This document shows, piece by piece, positions 15,893 to 20,000 of a stretch of DNA of 20,000 nt. How positions within the stretch are numbered: position 1 is the stretch's first letter; each line of letters begins with the position of its first letter. The DNA lies in IMG/VR virus record IMGVR_UViG_3300025154_000083, positions 47,214-67,213 of that record; one strand, given 5' to 3'. Origin of the DNA: an uncultured virus (IMG/VR IMGVR_UViG_3300025154_000083) (taxonomy: Duplodnaviria > Heunggongvirae > Uroviricota > Caudoviricetes). The position numbers and the translations under genes are program-made. The notes under the pieces were generated by a model, which saw nothing but the letters and a program-made list of their open reading frames with translations, did no database searches and was not told the origin of the DNA.

Positions 15893-16120
15893 ATGAAAGA
15901 AAATAGTCAATCTCGCCAACCAACAAGCATCGTAATGTCCCTTGAGGCCAAGCGGCTTCGGGACAAAATCGCCAGCAAACTCGGCATTTCAAAGTCCGCC
16001 GTGTGGGAGATCGCCGTCCGGAGACTCGCGGAGATGGAGGGGGTTGGGGCCGACCGTGAAGAGGGCACCGGAGAGAAGGCGGACCGGGAGACAGAGGAGA
16101 AAAGCCATGGATTGGGATGA
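15893..16120 (+). CDS. Ribbon-helix-helix (CopG/Arc-like) DNA-binding protein
   Basis: PTSIVMS.EAKRLRDKIASKLGISKSAVWEIAVRRL fits the beta-alpha-alpha RHH pattern. Confidence 0.8.
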   Translation: MKENSQSRQPTSIVMSLEAKRLRDKIASKLGISKSAVWEIAVRRLAEMEGVGADREEGTGEKADRETEEKSHGLG

Positions 16121-16760
16121 ACTGCTACCCGAGAAGGAGCGGGCGCCACAAGCCAAGCAACAACCCCTCGAAGAGGAAGGGCTTCCATCTTTAGGGCAAG
16201 ACACCAATCCAGCTCTTCAAGGCGTGACCGGCCAGGCCACCACAATTGATCAGGCCGCATCTTCTGTTCCCCCACCCACCCCCACACCACCACCAGGCTT
16301 CACCCTCCCTCCAGGCTGGACCTTCCCCGCCCCCGACACATCCGGAGCCCCGCTGAACCGCGTCATCAACGCCGCCTACCAGCAGATCCACGGGGTTTAC
16401 CTTACAATCAAGGCAAAGGAAGCGGAGGGGGAATTGACCCCGGAGCGCGCGGCGGAGCTGAGAGCGCGCCTCAACGCCGTCCTGAAATCCGAGAAGGTAG
16501 TGAATGCCGAGGAGGCCATCGCCCGGGAATTCCGTTCCTTCCAGGATGCCGTGAATGGGAAGGGGGTGGCGTCAGACGGATCGGAAAGGAAGGCCGCGGG
16601 CGTCACGGGCGTCACGGACCACAAGGGCAAGGCGGCGGCGGCCGGGAATGTGCGGGCCGGGTGCGCTTGGCTCGTGAAGTATGTGCGATGGTGGGTGTGG
16701 AGCGAGGAAGGAAAAGAAGGATCATCTCTTCAGGGCCAGGAAGGAGAGAAGGCGGTATGA
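16107..16760 (+). CDS. Hypothetical protein with Pro-rich linker
   Basis: A GAGGAG RBS precedes the ATG at 16107 (MDWDELL); the longer track start at 15942 overlaps the RHH gene. Confidence 0.7.
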   Translation: MDWDELLPEKERAPQAKQQPLEEEGLPSLGQDTNPALQGVTGQATTIDQAASSVPPPTPTPPPGFTLPPGWTFPAPDTSGAPLNRVINAAYQQIHGVYLTIKAKEAEGELTPERAAELRARLNAVLKSEKVVNAEEAIAREFRSFQDAVNGKGVASDGSERKAAGVTGVTDHKGKAAAAGNVRAGCAWLVKYVRWWVWSEEGKEGSSLQGQEGEKAV

Positions 16761-17188
16761 GCGGTATGGTTGGAACAGGCGGCATAATGGCGAGCATTCA
16801 TAACTACTATCATGGCAAGCACAAATGGGTGGAAGGCCTTGGCGAAATTGTCACCGCACATGGAAAGCGGGATACCATCGCATTCAGGACGGCCATGATG
16901 CCCGGGCTTTCGATTACCTACGAGGGTTGCGGATTTTGGTCCTTAACGCATGACGAAAGCGGGATGAAGCTGAGCGGTGAGTATCAGCGCATTGACGATG
17001 CAATAAGGACGGCCGAGGAGCTTGCATCGCGGATCGACTGGAGAAAGATTGTCATAGAGGATATACCGGATCAAAAGATCCCTGATGAAATGTTTGATTT
17101 GTTGTTTGAAATCGAATGCACGGCCATGGAAATTCAGGACAGGATTGATGCTGCGATGGATGATGGAGGCGGGGAAAATAAGCCATGA
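16757..17188 (+). CDS. Hypothetical protein
   Basis: ATGA overlaps at both ends; AAGGAG upstream. Confidence 0.7.
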   Translation: MSGMVGTGGIMASIHNYYHGKHKWVEGLGEIVTAHGKRDTIAFRTAMMPGLSITYEGCGFWSLTHDESGMKLSGEYQRIDDAIRTAEELASRIDWRKIVIEDIPDQKIPDEMFDLLFEIECTAMEIQDRIDAAMDDGGGENKP

Positions 17189-17442
17189 CAGAGCAACAAG
17201 AAAGAGATCTCCAATCCGCGTTGGTCGAGTGCCGCAGGTTTGTCAGTGCCGCGAAGTTGGCGCTTGAGAAGCACCATGAAAACATGCAGTGCATTTCCGT
17301 GAGAGAAAAGTTCGGGGACGGAGTGCGCGACGATAAGAAAATTCACGTTAAGGGGATGACTTCATCTCTGGCGGCCGCCAAGCGTGCAAGCATGGATCTC
17401 GCACGAGCCCTGACAAGATTTCGAAGGAGGCCATTGAAGTGA
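17185..17442 (+). CDS. Hypothetical protein
   Basis: ATGA/GTGA overlaps with both neighbours. Confidence 0.7.
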   Translation: MTEQQERDLQSALVECRRFVSAAKLALEKHHENMQCISVREKFGDGVRDDKKIHVKGMTSSLAAAKRASMDLARALTRFRRRPLK

Positions 17443-17690
17443 AAGACATCGAAGTGAAATACCCAACTCTCCCGACATGCGCCTGCCCTCCGGGCTATCA
17501 CGACATCCATGGATCATATTGCCATGACGACTTGCGCCGAGCTTTCGTGGCCGGCGCCGCATGGTGGGAATTTCACAGCAACTCGGGCACGATGTGGTCG
17601 AGCGACAGGGATATTGCCGAGATGGAGGCCGAGAAGAGGTATCCTGGAGGAGGGCCTCGAAATGAAGAGCCACAAGGGGAGCGGTCATGA
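17439..17690 (+). CDS. Hypothetical phage protein
   Basis: GGAGG RBS; GTG start overlapping the previous stop; RRAFVAGAAW motif common in small phage proteins. Confidence 0.7.
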   Translation: MKDIEVKYPTLPTCACPPGYHDIHGSYCHDDLRRAFVAGAAWWEFHSNSGTMWSSDRDIAEMEAEKRYPGGGPRNEEPQGERS

Positions 17691-18961
17691 TAACCCGGGT
17701 GTCCATGCCATCATCGGATACCTCTTCTCCGGCAACGCTCGAAAACCCCTGCAAGCTCTGCCATGAGCGCGAGGCAACCCCTGGGCTCAGGACCTGCCCG
17801 ACGTGTCGCGGGGAAGGGGAGGACGTGACGTTTGAAGCGGGGATGTGCGATGTAGGGATGTGCAAGGGTGGAGCATGCGGGACAATGCTGATGCCACCAA
17901 AGAATGATGCCCTAAAGAATGAGGCCCCAAAGAGAGAGAAGGCTCACAAGGCAAAAACTCCATCCCCTTCAAGGCCAATACCTTCTCCTTCAAGGCCAGC
18001 ATCATTGCAGAACCTTCCAATTCAATCCGAACCATCCATCGCCACATCCACTGCCCCGCCCCGCCCCTTAACCGGAATCTCCCTCGAAGCCCAAGAAAAG
18101 TGGGAGCAGGCCCGCGCTGGATCCGGAACCAGCACTCGCAAGCCTCCGCCAAACAAAAAGCCCCGAGAGAAAGTGTATTGCGCCTGCGGGTGTGGCAAGG
18201 CCTTCGCCAGGGTGATCGGTGGGTACTGGGAGAGCAGGAAATATTACAACGCGGAATGCAAGCGCAGACATTTCAAGCCAAACTTCGGCTGGCCAGGGGA
18301 TGGCAGTGGTGGCGAAAAAAATGGAGGCAAACCGGAAAAATACACAATCACCCCGGAAGGCGACGAGCTTATAAAGCAGCTCTATGCCGAGAAGGTGGGG
18401 ATGGATCGCAAAAGCCACGTCAAGGCCCTGGCCGAGCAGCTCGGCGTTCCTCCTTGGAAGGTTTCCCGACGGGCGTCGGCGCTCGGGGTCCTGTTTTCAC
18501 CAAGGGCCGAAGCCCCGTGGAGCGAGGAAGAGCTTGCCTGCCTCAAGGAAAACGCCCACTGGTCCCCCGTGGTGATCGCAAGGAACATGCGGAAGGCTGG
18601 ATTCCAGCGGAGCGCTACGGCGATCAAAATCAAAATGACGAGGCTTGGCGGGAAGGAAGTGGTGCTGAACGGGGAGAGCTTCACTTCTCGGGGACTGGGT
18701 AGGCTGTTCGGGGTGGACAGTCAAGCTGTTGTGCGGTGGATCGATCGGGGGTTGCTCATTGCCGAGCGGATGGGGACCGCGAGAACCGAGGCGCAGCACG
18801 GGGATATTTGGAGGATCAAGCGGGAGGATGTTCGGCGGTTTGTGCTGGCGCATGTGAACGTGATAGACTTCCGTAAGATCGCGGATCGGTGGTGGTTTGT
18901 CGAGTTGGTGGCTGGGGTTGGTGGGAATGGTGGGGGGGGCGGTAGGGATGAAGGAAGGTGA
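17687..18961 (+). CDS. Multidomain DNA-binding protein (Zn-finger motifs, Myb-like segment, C-terminal excisionase/MerR-like HTH)
   Basis: CKLC..CPTC; YCACGCGK; PWSEEELACLKEN; FTSRGLGRLFGVDSQAVVRWIDRGLL.A...WRIKREDV. Confidence 0.7.
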   Translation: MITRVSMPSSDTSSPATLENPCKLCHEREATPGLRTCPTCRGEGEDVTFEAGMCDVGMCKGGACGTMLMPPKNDALKNEAPKREKAHKAKTPSPSRPIPSPSRPASLQNLPIQSEPSIATSTAPPRPLTGISLEAQEKWEQARAGSGTSTRKPPPNKKPREKVYCACGCGKAFARVIGGYWESRKYYNAECKRRHFKPNFGWPGDGSGGEKNGGKPEKYTITPEGDELIKQLYAEKVGMDRKSHVKALAEQLGVPPWKVSRRASALGVLFSPRAEAPWSEEELACLKENAHWSPVVIARNMRKAGFQRSATAIKIKMTRLGGKEVVLNGESFTSRGLGRLFGVDSQAVVRWIDRGLLIAERMGTARTEAQHGDIWRIKREDVRRFVLAHVNVIDFRKIADRWWFVELVAGVGGNGGGGGRDEGR

Positions 18962-18976
18962 GAGAAGGGGAAAAGT

Positions 18977-19417
18977 ATGAAAATCTATGTGGCGTCTTCA
19001 TGGAGAAACACGAGACAGCCTGAAGTGGTCAAGGCACTCAGGGCCGAGGGTTTTGATGTTTACGACTTCAAGAATCCCAGGGAAGGAGATAACGGCTTCC
19101 ATTGGTCCGAGATTGACCAGGACTGGAAGAGCTGGACGCCGGGACAGTTCAGGGAAGCTCTTAAAGATCCCATTGCAAGGATAGGATTTGAGAGCGACAA
19201 GAAAGCTCTGGACGATTGCGATGCCTGCGTTCTCGTGCTTCCTTGCGGTCGAAGCGCTCATCTCGAGCTTGGGTATGCCATCGGGGAGTTGAAGGCAACC
19301 TATGTGCTCATCGAGGAGCCTTCCGAACCGGAGCTCATGTATGCCATGGTGAACAGGATATGCTTGAATCTGGATGAGCTGGTTAAAGTGATTGTGAGTG
19401 ATTTCTTGCCGTTTTGA
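18977..19417 (+). CDS. Nucleoside 2-deoxyribosyltransferase-like protein
   Basis: KIYVASSWRN...FESDKKALDDCDACVLVLPCGRSAHLELGYAIG matches the NDT-like fold with the conserved Glu in ELGYA. Confidence 0.8.
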   Translation: MKIYVASSWRNTRQPEVVKALRAEGFDVYDFKNPREGDNGFHWSEIDQDWKSWTPGQFREALKDPIARIGFESDKKALDDCDACVLVLPCGRSAHLELGYAIGELKATYVLIEEPSEPELMYAMVNRICLNLDELVKVIVSDFLPF

Positions 19418-19434
19418 AGGAGAACCAACCTTGT

Positions 19435-19746
19435 ATGGCGGTATCACAGAAAGACAATGAGTCCATTACCACAGCCACTATCACCACAGCCACCATCATT
19501 ACCGTCCACGAGGTGACCTACGCCTCCGGCACCAAGCGGGTGAGTGTACTATGTGACGACGTCGAGGAGGTCCGGGGCATGGTGGATAAGTTTTTGCGGG
19601 CCGGCGGCGGGGCGGGAGGGGCCGGCAGCGGTGGAGGTGCGGTGGGCGGCAATAATGACCACGAGCCCGCGCTCAAGATCACAAGGAAGGCGATGAGGCG
19701 GGATGAGTTTGACGCCCTTGAAGAGTGGGAGAGCACGAAGCCATGA
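19435..19746 (+). CDS. Hypothetical protein
   Basis: AAGGAG upstream; ATGA overlap with the next gene; start uncertain (track gives 19414). Confidence 0.6.
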   Translation: MAVSQKDNESITTATITTATIITVHEVTYASGTKRVSVLCDDVEEVRGMVDKFLRAGGGAGGAGSGGGAVGGNNDHEPALKITRKAMRRDEFDALEEWESTKP

Positions 19747-20000
19747 CGCCCCCATCCTTCCTCGCGGACCTCACTGTCATTTCCTGCCAACGCTGCGGTG
19801 CGAATTATGCTGCATCTCAGTCGATCTGCCCTCGGTGCAGGGGAATGGGTGGGAAGAAGCATGAATGCGCTGAAGAGGCCAAAAACGACATCAAAGAGCC
19901 CCCTCTCTTCGAGGCAACAGAGGGCAAGGAATCGGATCTCCAAAAAGAGGTGGAGGATTGGCTTGATGAGCGGCACTGGTACTACCACCATGATAGTACC
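19743..20000 (+). CDS. Zinc-ribbon plus probable VRR-NUC-like nuclease, 5' partial; not in the ORF track
   Basis: MTPPSFLADLTVISCQRCGANYAASQSICPRC...KESDLQKEVEDWLDERHWYYHHDST, open to the window end. ESDLQ...W.YH.DS resembles VRR-NUC N-termini, but the catalytic PD motif would lie outside the window. Confidence 0.6.
   Translation, partial: MTPPSFLADLTVISCQRCGANYAASQSICPRCRGMGGKKHECAEEAKNDIKEPPLFEATEGKESDLQKEVEDWLDERHWYYHHDST

Larger units (their letters stand above)
1..20000. mobile_element. Phage/prophage early gene and replication region (partial)
   Basis: Divergent arms of tightly packed genes with ATGA overlaps. Content includes a Cro-like HTH, primase-helicase plus origin, RecD2, exonuclease, HNH endonucleases, pentapeptide protein, VRR-NUC-like gene and many small hypotheticals. 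No housekeeping genes are present. Confidence 0.85.

Noticed and set aside
19468..19497. Two-copy 15-bp repeat ACCACAGCCAC(T/C)ATC
   Set aside because: A short in-frame slippage duplication (TTATI x2) with no sign of function.
1..20000. tRNA (including tRNA-Sec), rRNA, integron integrase or reverse transcriptase genes
   Set aside because: No cloverleaf, tyrosine-recombinase motif set or RT motif was recognisable by eye. A tRNAscan/HMM run would be needed to exclude them formally.

Overview
This window is the early/replication region of a tailed phage or prophage-like element. No structural, lysis or integrase genes fall inside it. Two arms diverge from about 12,070-12,225. The leftward arm (minus strand) encodes an HNH protein, an ExoX-C-terminal-like protein, a pentapeptide-repeat protein, an SbcC/Rad50-like ATPase, a DEDD 3'-5' exonuclease, an SSB-like protein, a RecD2 helicase and a NUMOD4-HNH homing endonuclease. 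The rightward arm encodes a Cro-like HTH protein and a 972-aa primase-helicase, followed by an iteron-rich origin, an RHH regulator, small accessory genes, a nucleoside deoxyribosyltransferase-like protein and a partial VRR-NUC-like gene. Two observations stand out, both in the first 1.7 kb. (1) The leftward operon runs directly into an integron-type cassette array: three complete attC sites plus a fourth cut by the window edge, all co-oriented with the phage genes, with no integron integrase in view. (2) One cassette encodes a PAPS-reductase-family Fe-S protein with an in-frame UGA exactly at the first Cys of the conserved RIGCxxCP motif, followed by a bacterial SECIS-like hairpin with a GGUC loop. 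This makes it a candidate phage- and cassette-borne selenoprotein. All family calls are from motif recognition by eye; no searches were run.
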